Assembly: GCA_030827545.1 (NCBI GenBank)
Contig: JAUREG010000006.1
Span: 87-64,086 of the forward strand
DNA: 64,000 nucleotides
Direction of reading: 5' to 3'
DNA from: Acidimicrobiales bacterium
GTDB lineage: Bacteria > Actinomycetota > Acidimicrobiia > Acidimicrobiales > Ilumatobacteraceae
Each line of letters begins with the position of its first letter. Position 1 is the stretch's first letter. The notes beneath the pieces are model-generated. The model was not told the origin of the DNA. It saw only the letters and a list, made by a program, of their open reading frames with translations, and did no database searches. Positions 9,629 through 19,235 of this stretch are shown one piece after another. The position numbers were made by a program, and so were the translations under genes.

Positions 9629-10046
9629 GTTTTTCGCGACCAGTTGCTATCTGATCGCTGAGTGCACGTTCTAACATGCCGCCAGTAAACAAATTGCCCG
9701 AGTAGTGCAAGTTTGTTTCGAGTTTCGCCCCAGTCGCAGTCTGGCTGACAGTCGCGCGCAAAATCCATTCTGAATGTCGTCGCGAGTCTTGTTCGCGACG
9801 CTCAAATACAACCAGTTTTGGATGCTCACATAGAGTTCGAGTCATTCGCAGTCGCTTAGATCTTGCAAGAACACCAAGTTTTGCCCGCAATTCAACAAGC
9901 CAAGTTGCATCAGTTTCAATGCTGTCACCGACCAACTCAACTTTGTGCACGAACTCAAGCCACGACGAATAATTCGCCAAGTCGGCGACATAATCAAAAA
10001 GTTTCTCAACAGAAACTGGCACCTCAACCGAGGCAATTAAATCCAT
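9603..10046 (-). CDS. SRPBCC (polyketide cyclase/dehydrase-like) family protein
   Basis: 147 aa with a typical SRPBCC N-terminus (IEVPVSVEKLFDYVADLANYSSW). Convergent 26-nt overlap with rlmN. Confidence 0.65.
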   Translation of the reverse strand: MDLIASVEVPVSVEKLFDYVADLANYSSWLEFVHKVELVGDSIETDATWLVELRAKLGVLARSKRLRMTRTLCEHPKLVVFERREQDSRRHSEWILRATVSQTATGAKLETNLHYSGNLFTGGMLERALSDQIATGREKLIQQLSAK

Positions 10047-10053
10047 CTAAGTG

Positions 10054-10698
10054 TTAATACTCTGGGTGTTGCTGATCGTGATCATGATCGTCGTCACGAC
10101 CCTCGTCAGATGCGTCAAAAGCGCCAAAGGCTCGCGACAACAGTCGGCCACGCGCCCGCAGTCGGCCATCTAGGTCACCTGTTCGATCAAACTGCGGCGT
10201 CCACGGCATTGCTTGGGTTTCTTGCGGATCAATAGTCTCGTTTTCGGTCACGTCCTCGATTTCGCCGACCGAAACTTCTGAAACTTCGTCAGGGCGCGCC
10301 GACGCAGTTTCACGAACGGGCTCTGGCTCACGAATGGGTTCTGGCTCGCGGGCGGGTGCAGCGACCACACGTGTTGCAAACTCAAACAAATCTTGAATGA
10401 CTGCGCCAGCCTTACCTTTTTCGCGCTTTTGTTTTTTAACAGAAGACGATCGCGATGAAGTTCGCACAGACTGACTCGCTGGGGCACTAAACAACCGCTG
10501 CTTTTTAGTTCGATTGTCAATAATCTGCCAGTCACGTGGCACAACCAGCGAGTCGGCGTGCCGGCGACACAAAATATTTACCCGCGATGAATCTCTAGGT
10601 ATCGGTGCATCAATATTGACGAGCAAGTTGGCTGTGTCAATTACATATGCGACTTCGCCCCGTTCGCGACATGATGGTCGCTCACACTTCCTACTCAT
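10054..10698 (-). CDS. DUF3499-domain protein
   Basis: N-terminus MSRKCERPSCRERGEVAYVID...LCRRHADSLVVPRDWQIIDNR is the actinobacterial DUF3499 pattern. The acidic C-terminal half carries a REPEPIREPEPVRE repeat. Confidence 0.75.
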   Translation of the reverse strand: MSRKCERPSCRERGEVAYVIDTANLLVNIDAPIPRDSSRVNILCRRHADSLVVPRDWQIIDNRTKKQRLFSAPASQSVRTSSRSSSVKKQKREKGKAGAVIQDLFEFATRVVAAPAREPEPIREPEPVRETASARPDEVSEVSVGEIEDVTENETIDPQETQAMPWTPQFDRTGDLDGRLRARGRLLSRAFGAFDASDEGRDDDHDHDQQHPEY

Positions 10699-10701
10699 AC
10701 T

Positions 10702-12735
10702 TCATGAGCCTGTGAATGTCGCCGCAATCTTGCTCGCTGAGTCACCTCCGCGACGCAAGAGAACCGCGAGAAACCACAACGCACCAAGCGTGACCATGAA
10801 TAGCAACACTGCTCCAACACCCCAGAACGGCTTAATTGTGCTTCGCGTCGCGCCTAACAAGGCGACTGGAAATGTTGTCGAGCCGGCTTCGCTTAGCAAT
10901 GTAGAAATCACCGCGTTATCGAGACAAAGAGCGAACGACAGCAAACCACCAGCGACCATCGCCGACGCAATCAACGGCAGAGTGATCTGACGAAATGCTC
11001 GGGCAGGAGGCGCACCAAGATCGCCTGCTGCTTCTTCAAGCGATTCGTCGAGACCAGCAAGTCGCGCCCGCACAATCAACGTGACGACTGCACTCGCGTA
11101 AAGCGATTGACCAACCCAAAGTTTGTTGATGCCACCGTTGAACGGGCCCCAACCCGAAGAAAATATCGTTCCGATCAATGGCACATCTTTGATTCGCGGA
11201 AACCAAGTCACGAGCGCAATTGCATCCATGATTTCTGGAGTGACCAGAATTAGAAAAACCGTTGCCATAAAAGCCTTCGTCCAGCCGCCAGGTCGGCGCG
11301 CCAACGCAACACCTGACATGCCACCAATAATTACGGCGATTATCGTCGCACCAAACGCCGCAATAAAAGAGTTTCGAATTGCATCACCGATGCCCGCGAA
11401 ATCAAAAATCGTTCTGAACCAGTTCGTGATTACACCATTTATTATCAAAGCCAAAACGAATGCACCAGTTGCAATCCAAGTCTTCACCGAATTTGCTACG
11501 TATGTCTTATTTTTGAAATACGTCTTTGCAATGAGTCCGATCGCAATTAAAACAGCGAACCGAACCAAAACAGCAAACGACTCGGCTCCATCGAACAACT
11601 CACCCCACCACTTAAGACTTGTGCTACCAGACCAAATTGTGAACGAACTGCCTGCATTAAATGAATGCAAAATAACCAGCAAGATCGGCACAAACAGAAA
11701 TATCAAAACGAGCACAGTCCAGATGGCTAGCACCTTGCTCAAAACTTGGCGCTTAACACGAGTCTGTATCTTTTCACTTCGTACCTGACTTGCTGCACGC
11801 TCGTGAATCTTGCGGCGCACTTTCTGAATCAGTGGTGATGCCAGCCGAGCAAGTCGTGGCAAAATCCAAAAGATCGCTGCCCCAACTATCAGTGTCATCA
11901 ACACAGCTCCGATCATCAAGATCGCCATCGCAGAACCGAGTGGCCAGTTTTGCGCACCACTAAATTGCGATGCAATCATCGAGCCAATCATGTTGCCCTT
12001 TGCGCCGCCAAGAACTGTCGCCGTCACATAGTCGCCACACATCGGAATAAACGTCAGCAACACACCAGCGATGATTCCTGGTCCAGCGAGTGGCAAAGTC
12101 ACGCCAAAAAATGTTGCGATGCGCCCCGCGCCAAGATCTTTGCTTGCTTCACGCATGCGCACATCAATGCGATCGAGCGCGACGAACAACGGCAAAATCA
12201 TGAAGCCGAGATAGTTGTAAACGATTGCAATCTGTACAGCAGTGGCAGTTTCAAGAATTTGAATGCCATTGCTTCCGATGTAACCCATGTCAACGAGCCA
12301 CTTTGAAAGCGTCCCATTCGGTGCAAGCGGAATTCGCCATGCGACTGTACGAATCAGAAAACTTGTAAAACTTGGCACGACAACTGCAGCGAGAATTATC
12401 GCCTTCCATTTTTCAGCAACTTTGAATGCCGCAAAATAGGCAACCGGTAAGCCAATCACAACGCACATGATCGTGGCAACAACGCTGATTCGCAGCGTTG
12501 CCCTGAAAACTTTGAAGAATGTCTCGTCGAAGACTGACGAGTAACTATTTGACGAAAGGTTGCTTAAGTCAACCGGCAATAACTTCGTCGTGTCTTTGGT
12601 GCCAAACGAATAAAGAACGATGAACGCGATCGGCGCCGCAAAAAAAACCAGATACCAAATGATCGCCGGAATGGCGAGCAGATACTTTGGTGCTCTTGTC
12701 TTGCTTCTAAATTTTGCGGCGACCGATACGGTCAC
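10702..12735 (-). CDS. fused ABC transporter permease (PotB-like + PotC-like halves), spermidine/putrescine type
   Basis: 677 aa with about 12 predicted TM segments in two permease halves. GTG start. Sits in an operon with the binding protein and ATPase. Confidence 0.85.
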   Translation of the reverse strand: MTVSVAAKFRSKTRAPKYLLAIPAIIWYLVFFAAPIAFIVLYSFGTKDTTKLLPVDLSNLSSNSYSSVFDETFFKVFRATLRISVVATIMCVVIGLPVAYFAAFKVAEKWKAIILAAVVVPSFTSFLIRTVAWRIPLAPNGTLSKWLVDMGYIGSNGIQILETATAVQIAIVYNYLGFMILPLFVALDRIDVRMREASKDLGAGRIATFFGVTLPLAGPGIIAGVLLTFIPMCGDYVTATVLGGAKGNMIGSMIASQFSGAQNWPLGSAMAILMIGAVLMTLIVGAAIFWILPRLARLASPLIQKVRRKIHERAASQVRSEKIQTRVKRQVLSKVLAIWTVLVLIFLFVPILLVILHSFNAGSSFTIWSGSTSLKWWGELFDGAESFAVLVRFAVLIAIGLIAKTYFKNKTYVANSVKTWIATGAFVLALIINGVITNWFRTIFDFAGIGDAIRNSFIAAFGATIIAVIIGGMSGVALARRPGGWTKAFMATVFLILVTPEIMDAIALVTWFPRIKDVPLIGTIFSSGWGPFNGGINKLWVGQSLYASAVVTLIVRARLAGLDESLEEAAGDLGAPPARAFRQITLPLIASAMVAGGLLSFALCLDNAVISTLLSEAGSTTFPVALLGATRSTIKPFWGVGAVLLFMVTLGALWFLAVLLRRGGDSASKIAATFTGS

Positions 12736-12741
12736 TAAAGA

Positions 12742-13974
12742 TCAGCCTCCGGCCTTTGCCTTTGACTTGTTGAGGATGTCGATCAAACGATCAAGCGCTG
12801 GCGTGATCACTTGGGTTCGCATGGTTGCAACCTGATCATCACCAAAGAAAATCATGTCGCCACGAGTGAGGTCAGGTGCGACCTCTGAAATCAAAGTCGA
12901 CATGTTCTTCATACCAGTGTGATAACCGTGGTACGACAAGTCTTTGATCGAGATCTCAGGAATCAAGTCCCAGTTGATCCAAGCATTTGCAGCTTCGGCA
13001 TTCGGTGCCCCCGCTGCGATGCAATAGTTGTCCATCCACAACTCAGTTTCTGGTGAACCCAAAACCCACTTCCAATCGTCTGGATTACCGCCAGCTTCTT
13101 CGATTCGAACATAGGCCTGACGAGCATCGCCGTTCCACGCCATTGCGATTGCATAAGCGCCTTCGGCAATTTTCGTTGATGGGTAGCTGTCGAACGCCTT
13201 GATGTGCTGAGCAAATTCTTCAACTAAGAACTTTTCGCAAGCATCAAGATCTTCGACCTTTTCGGTGTTCCAGTCAATGCCGTTAGCCCAGAACCAAGCG
13301 CCACAGTAGTTCGGTGCCGCATCGATAACCGCGCAGTTACCGCTCGCCTCACCCATGCACACGTCAAGGAAGTCTTGCCAGTTGGTCATCTCTTTGGAAA
13401 TTTTTGTTGTGTCATACAAGTAACCAACTGTGCCCCAGTTCTTGCAAACTGAATACTCATTCGTTGGGTCCCATGCCTGCGCCAAATAATTTGGGTCAAC
13501 GTTGACCATGTTCGGAATCAACGACTTGTCAAGTTTTTGAATCAAACCTTTTTCGATCATCTGCGGAATATAAGGACCAGTTGGCACAACAATGTCGAAA
13601 CCGCTGGCACCGCCGCTAGTAGCAAGCTTCGTGATCAAGTCTTCATTGCTTGCGTAGTAGTCGACTTTCATCGTCACGTTAAGTGTCGATGCGGCAAGTG
13701 CGCCCACCAACTCGGGGTCGTTGTAGTCACCCCAGGTGTACATCGCCAATGTTCCACTTGACTGATTAACTACTCGACTCCAGTCGCCTGACGCCAAATT
13801 CTCGCCACCGGCTTCGCCGCCTTCGGCCGAATCGCCGTCTGAAGAACCACAAGCCGCAGCAACTAGTGCAAAGCCTGCGAGCGCAGTGCCGCCTTGCAAA
13901 AATGCGCGGCGCGAAAGTTTTTCACGAAAACCTTCGGGTGCCAACATCTTCAATTGCTTCTTTTCGTTACTCAT
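12742..13974 (-). CDS. polyamine-type ABC substrate-binding lipoprotein (PotD/PotF family)
   Basis: Tat-like RRAFLQGG plus lipobox LVAAACGSS. Family-1 SBP length (410 aa). RBS AAAGGGGAGAG lies upstream. Confidence 0.8.
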   Translation of the reverse strand: MSNEKKQLKMLAPEGFREKLSRRAFLQGGTALAGFALVAAACGSSDGDSAEGGEAGGENLASGDWSRVVNQSSGTLAMYTWGDYNDPELVGALAASTLNVTMKVDYYASNEDLITKLATSGGASGFDIVVPTGPYIPQMIEKGLIQKLDKSLIPNMVNVDPNYLAQAWDPTNEYSVCKNWGTVGYLYDTTKISKEMTNWQDFLDVCMGEASGNCAVIDAAPNYCGAWFWANGIDWNTEKVEDLDACEKFLVEEFAQHIKAFDSYPSTKIAEGAYAIAMAWNGDARQAYVRIEEAGGNPDDWKWVLGSPETELWMDNYCIAAGAPNAEAANAWINWDLIPEISIKDLSYHGYHTGMKNMSTLISEVAPDLTRGDMIFFGDDQVATMRTQVITPALDRLIDILNKSKAKAGG

Positions 13975-14020
13975 TGCTCTCCCCTTTTATTGTTGTGTTA
14001 ATTGAATAGTAGTCACGTCT

Positions 14021-15130
14021 TTAAGTATGAGGCGTACCTGCAAGCACTAGATCTGCCTGTCGCGCCGAGAACAGATACACGTCGTCAGCCGACCAGGCGC
14101 ACCAGACAGAATCTCCGACAGCAAACCGCGACGGGTCTGTGCGACTCACCTGAACCAACAAGTCCCGAGACCCTGCGGTTACAACATATTGTAGCACGTC
14201 ACCAAAGTGCGAGACACCGGCAACTTTGGCACCCACGAAATTGGCGTCAGAGCTTGGCTTTGTCGCCGAGAGGTTGATCGTTTCAGGTCGCACTGCGGCG
14301 AGTGCATCTTGGCCGGCGGGCACAGTTTCTTCTGGCCGCGTTGCGACAAAAACTGTTCCGTCATTGGCCTTTGCGCCATTAGAAGTTGCGACTCCACGCC
14401 AAAAGTTGTTTCGCCCAACAAACCCCGCGACAAACGCCGACGCTGGTCGCTCATAAACAGTTTCAGGGTCGCCAAGTTGTTCGACATGGCCGTTAAGCAT
14501 GATCGCAATTCGGTCTGACATCGACATCGCCTCTTCTTGATCGTGCGTAACAAAAACAAACGTGATACCCAATCGACTCTGCAAGAGTTTCAATTCGATC
14601 TGCATCTCTTCGCGCAATTTTCGGTCAAGCGCACCAAGTGGCTCGTCAAGCAACAAAATGCTCGGGCGATTCACCAGAGCACGTGCCACCGCAACACGTT
14701 GTTGTTGCCCACCAGACAATTGACGTGGCTTTCGATTGGCCATCTTTGACATCTGCACCATGTCAAGTGCCTCAATTACTTTGCTGCCGATCTCACTTTT
14801 CGAAACACCCTTTTGCCGCAAACCATATGCAACGTTTTCGGCAACACTCATATGCGGAAATAATGCATAGTGCTGAAACACCGTATTCACATCGCGCTTG
14901 TATGGCGGCACACCTTGCACATACTCACCACTGATTCGCACAAAACCTTCATCAGGCTGCTCAAAACCAGCCAGCATTCGCAACGTTGTTGTTTTGCCAC
15001 AACCACTTGGCCCAAGCAGCGACAAAAATTCGCCTGACTTAATCTCAAGATTTAATGAATCGACCGCAACGACATCGCCGTAACGTTTCGTGACGTTGAC
15101 AAGTTCTACCGAACCGCGTTCACTTCCCAC
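14021..15130 (-). CDS. potA: spermidine/putrescine ABC transporter ATP-binding protein
   Basis: Walker A GPSGCGKTT, signature LSGGQQQR, Walker B LLLDEP, and a C-terminal TOBE-like domain. Confidence 0.9.
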   Translation of the reverse strand: MGSERGSVELVNVTKRYGDVVAVDSLNLEIKSGEFLSLLGPSGCGKTTTLRMLAGFEQPDEGFVRISGEYVQGVPPYKRDVNTVFQHYALFPHMSVAENVAYGLRQKGVSKSEIGSKVIEALDMVQMSKMANRKPRQLSGGQQQRVAVARALVNRPSILLLDEPLGALDRKLREEMQIELKLLQSRLGITFVFVTHDQEEAMSMSDRIAIMLNGHVEQLGDPETVYERPASAFVAGFVGRNNFWRGVATSNGAKANDGTVFVATRPEETVPAGQDALAAVRPETINLSATKPSSDANFVGAKVAGVSHFGDVLQYVVTAGSRDLLVQVSRTDPSRFAVGDSVWCAWSADDVYLFSARQADLVLAGTPHT

Positions 15131-15225
15131 TAATTAAGCCCACTAACTTCGTTCACTTGCTCTAACCCCCACGCGCACAATCAACTTGAAATCAAGCATT
15201 GCATATTTCTACTAGATTTGAGCAC

Positions 15226-16353
15226 ATGACGACCCCACCAATCAAAACACTGGGTGTGCCCAAAGAGACCAAAACTTCTGAGGGACGAGTTGCCCTGACT
15301 CCCGATGGCGTCCGCGAACTCGAGCGGCTAGGGGTCGAAGTATTTGTCGAGACTACGGCGGGTCTCGGCGCCTCAATCGAAGACTGCCAATATGAGGCGG
15401 CCGGTGCGACGATCGTGCCAACTGCGGCCGACGCATGGTCGCAACAAATGGTTGTCAAAGTCAAAGAGCCAACCGCGAAAGAATTCGATTACCTTCGACC
15501 CGATCTAACTCTCTTCACTTATCTGCATCTTGCGGCCTACCCGACAGTCGCCGAGGCGCTACTCAAAAATAAGGCGACATCGATCGCATATGAAACTGTT
15601 CAAGAATCAGATGGTTCACTTCCGTTGCTTGCGCCAATGAGCGAAATTGCCGGGCGAATCGCCACCCAAGTCGGCGCGTTCTATTTGCAAAGTCCGAACG
15701 GCGGTCGTGGCGTTTTAATGGGTGGTGCACCCGGTGTTCATCCGGCAAAAGTTTTGGTGATTGGTGCAGGCAATGTCGGTTGGAACTCAGCGTGGATCGC
15801 CGGCGGAATGGAAGCCGAGGTGGCCTTGCTCGACAAGAATCTTGATCGCTTGCGTTTCATTGACCAAATCATTCGCTCGCGAATCACAACTATCGCCTCG
15901 AACCGCGGCGCAATTGAGCGCTACATCGCACAAGCCGATCTAGTCATCGGTGCTGTTCTTGTCGCTGGCGCACGCGCGCCAATTGTCGTTACCGAAGACA
16001 TGGTCAAGACAATGAAACGTGGCTCAGTGATCGTCGACGTCGCCGTCGACCAAGGCGGCTGCATCGAAACAATTCACGAAACAACTCACAAAGAACCCGT
16101 TTACGAAAAACATGGCGTTCTGCACTATGCCGTCGGCAATATGCCAGGCGCGGTGCCTCACACGAGCACCTATGCACTCACCAACGCGACTTTGCCCTAT
16201 CTAATTGATGTCGCCAAACTTGGCACAAAAATTGCGGCGCAACGCGACGAGCGCCTGAAACTTGGCGTCAACACAGTCAATGGCGAGATCACAAATCTTG
16301 CGGCAGCAACTGCACTCAACAAAACTGCTGTTGATTGCTTAAAAGTTCTTTAG
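15226..16353 (+). CDS. ald: alanine dehydrogenase
   Basis: GVPKETKTSEGRVALTP N-terminus and NAD fold VIGAGNVG. The track start at 15199 is probably an extension; M10 at 15226 is preferred. Confidence 0.9.
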   Translation: MTTPPIKTLGVPKETKTSEGRVALTPDGVRELERLGVEVFVETTAGLGASIEDCQYEAAGATIVPTAADAWSQQMVVKVKEPTAKEFDYLRPDLTLFTYLHLAAYPTVAEALLKNKATSIAYETVQESDGSLPLLAPMSEIAGRIATQVGAFYLQSPNGGRGVLMGGAPGVHPAKVLVIGAGNVGWNSAWIAGGMEAEVALLDKNLDRLRFIDQIIRSRITTIASNRGAIERYIAQADLVIGAVLVAGARAPIVVTEDMVKTMKRGSVIVDVAVDQGGCIETIHETTHKEPVYEKHGVLHYAVGNMPGAVPHTSTYALTNATLPYLIDVAKLGTKIAAQRDERLKLGVNTVNGEITNLAAATALNKTAVDCLKVL

Positions 16354-16355
16354 AA

Positions 16356-16547
16356 CTAGTCGCAGCAACTATCGCGCCAGCCGCAACCCGAACACTTAAA
16401 GTGTGCATGCTCTGCATGCAGAGCCGAACCACAATGTGGGCACTCTGAGAAAACTGCGTGACGTGTGCGACACGAGTCGGCGACAACTTGTTGCGCCACT
16501 TGCACTTGTTCGAAACTTATTTTGCTATCGGTTTTTGTTGCGTCCAC
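16356..16547 (-). CDS. small Cys/His-rich zinc-ribbon-like protein (63 aa)
   Basis: Motifs CPHCG-X12-CSGCG followed by SCCD at the C-terminus (7 Cys, 6 His). GTG start without an obvious SD. It exactly fills an otherwise ~230-nt gap in a very compact region. Confidence 0.4.
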   Translation of the reverse strand: MDATKTDSKISFEQVQVAQQVVADSCRTRHAVFSECPHCGSALHAEHAHFKCSGCGWRDSCCD

Positions 16548-16584
16548 AACTCAATTATTGCACTAGCGTTAAAGCGATTCGCGC

Positions 16585-17865
16585 ATGACTGACACGACTG
16601 ACTCTTCAACTCCGGTTAGTCGTCGAAATCGCCAGGTCAAGTCAGGCAGTGCTCGCGCCGCATTTCAGTCGCGTGATTTTCGGAGAATTTGGTTTGGCTC
16701 ATTTGCCTCAAACATTGGTACCTGGATTCAAAACGTTGTTTTGCCTGTCTATATATATGGACGAACTGGCCGCGCCTCCTTCGTCGCAGTTGTGATCTTT
16801 GCTCAACTCGGCCCGATTCTGTTGTTGTCAATTCCGGGGGGTGTCATTGCCGATCGAGTGAATCGCAAGAAGTTTCTCGTTTCAATGCAAATTCTCCAAC
16901 TCTTGTGCTCGCTTTTGCTCGCATTCTTTGCCGCCAACGACGTTGCAATTTGGCTGATCTTTGCCGCCCAACTCGGCGTCGGCATCGGCAATGCATTGCA
17001 GATTCCCGGCTGGTCTTCAATGCTCACAACCCTCGTGCCACCAAAAGATCTTCCTGGAGCGATTTCGCTTAATTCAACTGTGATCAACGGCGCGCGAGTG
17101 ATCGGCCCAATAATCGTCGCTGTACTCGCGCAGTGGAACGTCTCGACGGCACAGTTCTTTTCAATCAACGCTGCCACTTATCTGTTCGTTATTTTTGCTC
17201 TGACCAGCGTGAAAATTCCAGAATTCACTCGTGACACAACTGCCGGCTGGCGTAGATTCACGTTTGCGTTCAAAATCGCCCGCGAACGCATCGTCGTCTC
17301 GCGAGTGGTCTTGACTCTCGCTTCGTTTTCGCTTCTCTCTTTGCCATATGTCGGCCTGTTTCCTGCAGTGGCCCAACTCAACTTCGGCATCGAGTCTCAA
17401 AGTTCAACATATAACTGGCTTTATGCAACTTGGGGATTTGGCGCTTGCCTCGGCGGTCTTAGTGTTTCAACACTTTTTGTCGACGTCGACAATCGCAAAC
17501 TCATTCGTGTTGGCTTCGCAAGTTTCAGCGTCAGCATGATGGCGTTTGCACTTGCTCCAAATGTCGGTCTTGCGTTCTTTTCTGTTTTCTTCCTCGGTGC
17601 TGCTTACTTTTTTACGACAACTTCAATGCAGACAGTCCTTGTTTCAGGTCTCTCTCCCGAAATTCGAGCACGTGTCATGGCTCTTTGGTTCATGGCATTC
17701 GGCGGCACAGTGCCAATTGGCAACTTAGTTTTCGGTCCGCTGATCGACCGTTACGGTTCGCAGTGGCTGTTAATTATGGGTTCGCTGTGGGCTGCAGTTT
17801 TGTGGTGGTGGTGCGACATTGAACGCATTGAACGCAACCGAAGTGAAGTAGAAACAGTTTTATAA
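16585..17865 (+). CDS. MFS transporter (EntS/MFS_3-like)
   Basis: 426 aa with about 12 TM segments and an FRRIWFGSFASNIGTW-type N-terminus. Confidence 0.8.
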   Translation: MTDTTDSSTPVSRRNRQVKSGSARAAFQSRDFRRIWFGSFASNIGTWIQNVVLPVYIYGRTGRASFVAVVIFAQLGPILLLSIPGGVIADRVNRKKFLVSMQILQLLCSLLLAFFAANDVAIWLIFAAQLGVGIGNALQIPGWSSMLTTLVPPKDLPGAISLNSTVINGARVIGPIIVAVLAQWNVSTAQFFSINAATYLFVIFALTSVKIPEFTRDTTAGWRRFTFAFKIARERIVVSRVVLTLASFSLLSLPYVGLFPAVAQLNFGIESQSSTYNWLYATWGFGACLGGLSVSTLFVDVDNRKLIRVGFASFSVSMMAFALAPNVGLAFFSVFFLGAAYFFTTTSMQTVLVSGLSPEIRARVMALWFMAFGGTVPIGNLVFGPLIDRYGSQWLLIMGSLWAAVLWWWCDIERIERNRSEVETVL

Positions 17866-19164
17866 GCCTTCGCAAAGATGTACGAGACCCGTTACTTTCG
17901 AGCCCTTAACTAGCGCGGCATCGTCACGACTCAGTTTTGCTAGTTGATCTCTCGCTTGGTCAAAATTCACCGCATCAATGTCGTAGAGGTCGGTGTTCAC
18001 TGCTACAAACTCGATGCCCAATTCAGTTGCGTACTGTCGAATTGAACGATGTTCACTCGCAGACTCAGCCAACTCGGCCATCAACCCACAAAAAGCAACT
18101 TTTCTTTTGGCGTTGAGACTTGCGAGCGTCTCAAGTGCCGCACGCATTGAGGCCGGGTTCGCGTTATACGAATCATCAATCACGGTCGCACCCGACTGCA
18201 ACTTTCTCATTTGCATTCTCGAATCAGAAATCTTTGCCGCAGAAACTGCCGCCGCCGCCGAGACCATATCAATGCCAAGTGCGCCGGCCACACATAACGC
18301 CGCCAAAGCATTTTGCGCCATGTGACGCCCTGCAACTTGCATTTTCAACTCGACTTCTCCCCAAGGCGAAGCGACATTCGCCTTCGCACAACCTCGATCG
18401 TCAATTGTGCATTTCACCATTCGAACATCTGCGAGTTCTGAGACTCCAAAGCTCAACACAGTTGCTTCAGTCGCACTATGCATTGCCCAAACGCGTTCAT
18501 CATCACGATTCAAAATCGCAATGCCCGTATTTGGCAACGCTTCAATCAACTCGCGTTTCGCTATAACGACACCGTCAATCGACCCAACTCTTTCGGTGTG
18601 TGCCTTGGCCACAGCAGTGACGATGCCAATTTGTGGATGAGCCACCGCGCACAACTTGGCTATCTCGCCGAATCCACGCATTCCCATTTCGAGCACAAGT
18701 GCTTGCGTCTCGTCGGGTGCATTCAGAATGGTCGTCGGCAAACCAAAATCGTTGTTAAACGAACGCTCATTGGCATGAGTTTTAAAAGCGACACTCAGTG
18801 CACTAGCAACTAGATCTTTAGTCGATGTTTTACCGACAGAACCAGTCACGCCAACAACTCGCAAACCTAAATTCTGATCAAGTTTTGCTCTACCCCATGC
18901 GCCAAGTGTCAACAACGCAGCAACTGTTTCGGTGACTCGAATCGCTGTGCGACCTTGCGGTTCGCGTGAAGTCAAATAAGCGCCAGCTCCGCGCTTGAGT
19001 GCATCGGCGATGAAATCGTGACCATCCCGTTGATCAATAATCGGCACGAATAATTGACCAGGCAAAATTGTTCGCGTATCGAATGAGACGCCGGACAAGT
19101 GGGCGTTTGAGCCGACTAATTCTCCGGCAACCGCGCGTGCAACATCTGCTGCCATGAAGCGCAT
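17860..19164 (-). CDS. murF: UDP-N-acetylmuramoyl-tripeptide--D-alanyl-D-alanine ligase
   Basis: Mur ligase P-loop GVTGSVGKTSTKD. DDSYNANPASM. 434 aa. Alternative start M4 at 19155. Confidence 0.88.
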   Translation of the reverse strand: MRFMAADVARAVAGELVGSNAHLSGVSFDTRTILPGQLFVPIIDQRDGHDFIADALKRGAGAYLTSREPQGRTAIRVTETVAALLTLGAWGRAKLDQNLGLRVVGVTGSVGKTSTKDLVASALSVAFKTHANERSFNNDFGLPTTILNAPDETQALVLEMGMRGFGEIAKLCAVAHPQIGIVTAVAKAHTERVGSIDGVVIAKRELIEALPNTGIAILNRDDERVWAMHSATEATVLSFGVSELADVRMVKCTIDDRGCAKANVASPWGEVELKMQVAGRHMAQNALAALCVAGALGIDMVSAAAAVSAAKISDSRMQMRKLQSGATVIDDSYNANPASMRAALETLASLNAKRKVAFCGLMAELAESASEHRSIRQYATELGIEFVAVNTDLYDIDAVNFDQARDQLAKLSRDDAALVKGSKVTGLVHLCEGL

Positions 19165-19180
19165 ACGGCTTTTATCCTAA

Positions 19181-19220
19181 CTGCGAACTTGCGATGCGAC
19201 TGTTTGGCACTGCGATGCGA
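19181..19220. repeat. TGCGA-rich direct repeats in the murF/ddl divergent spacer
   Basis: TGCGATGCGA at 19190-19199 and 19211-19220 (21-nt period), plus CTGCGA at 19181. Confidence 0.8.
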
Positions 19221-19235
19221 GTACCGTAAAGACGA

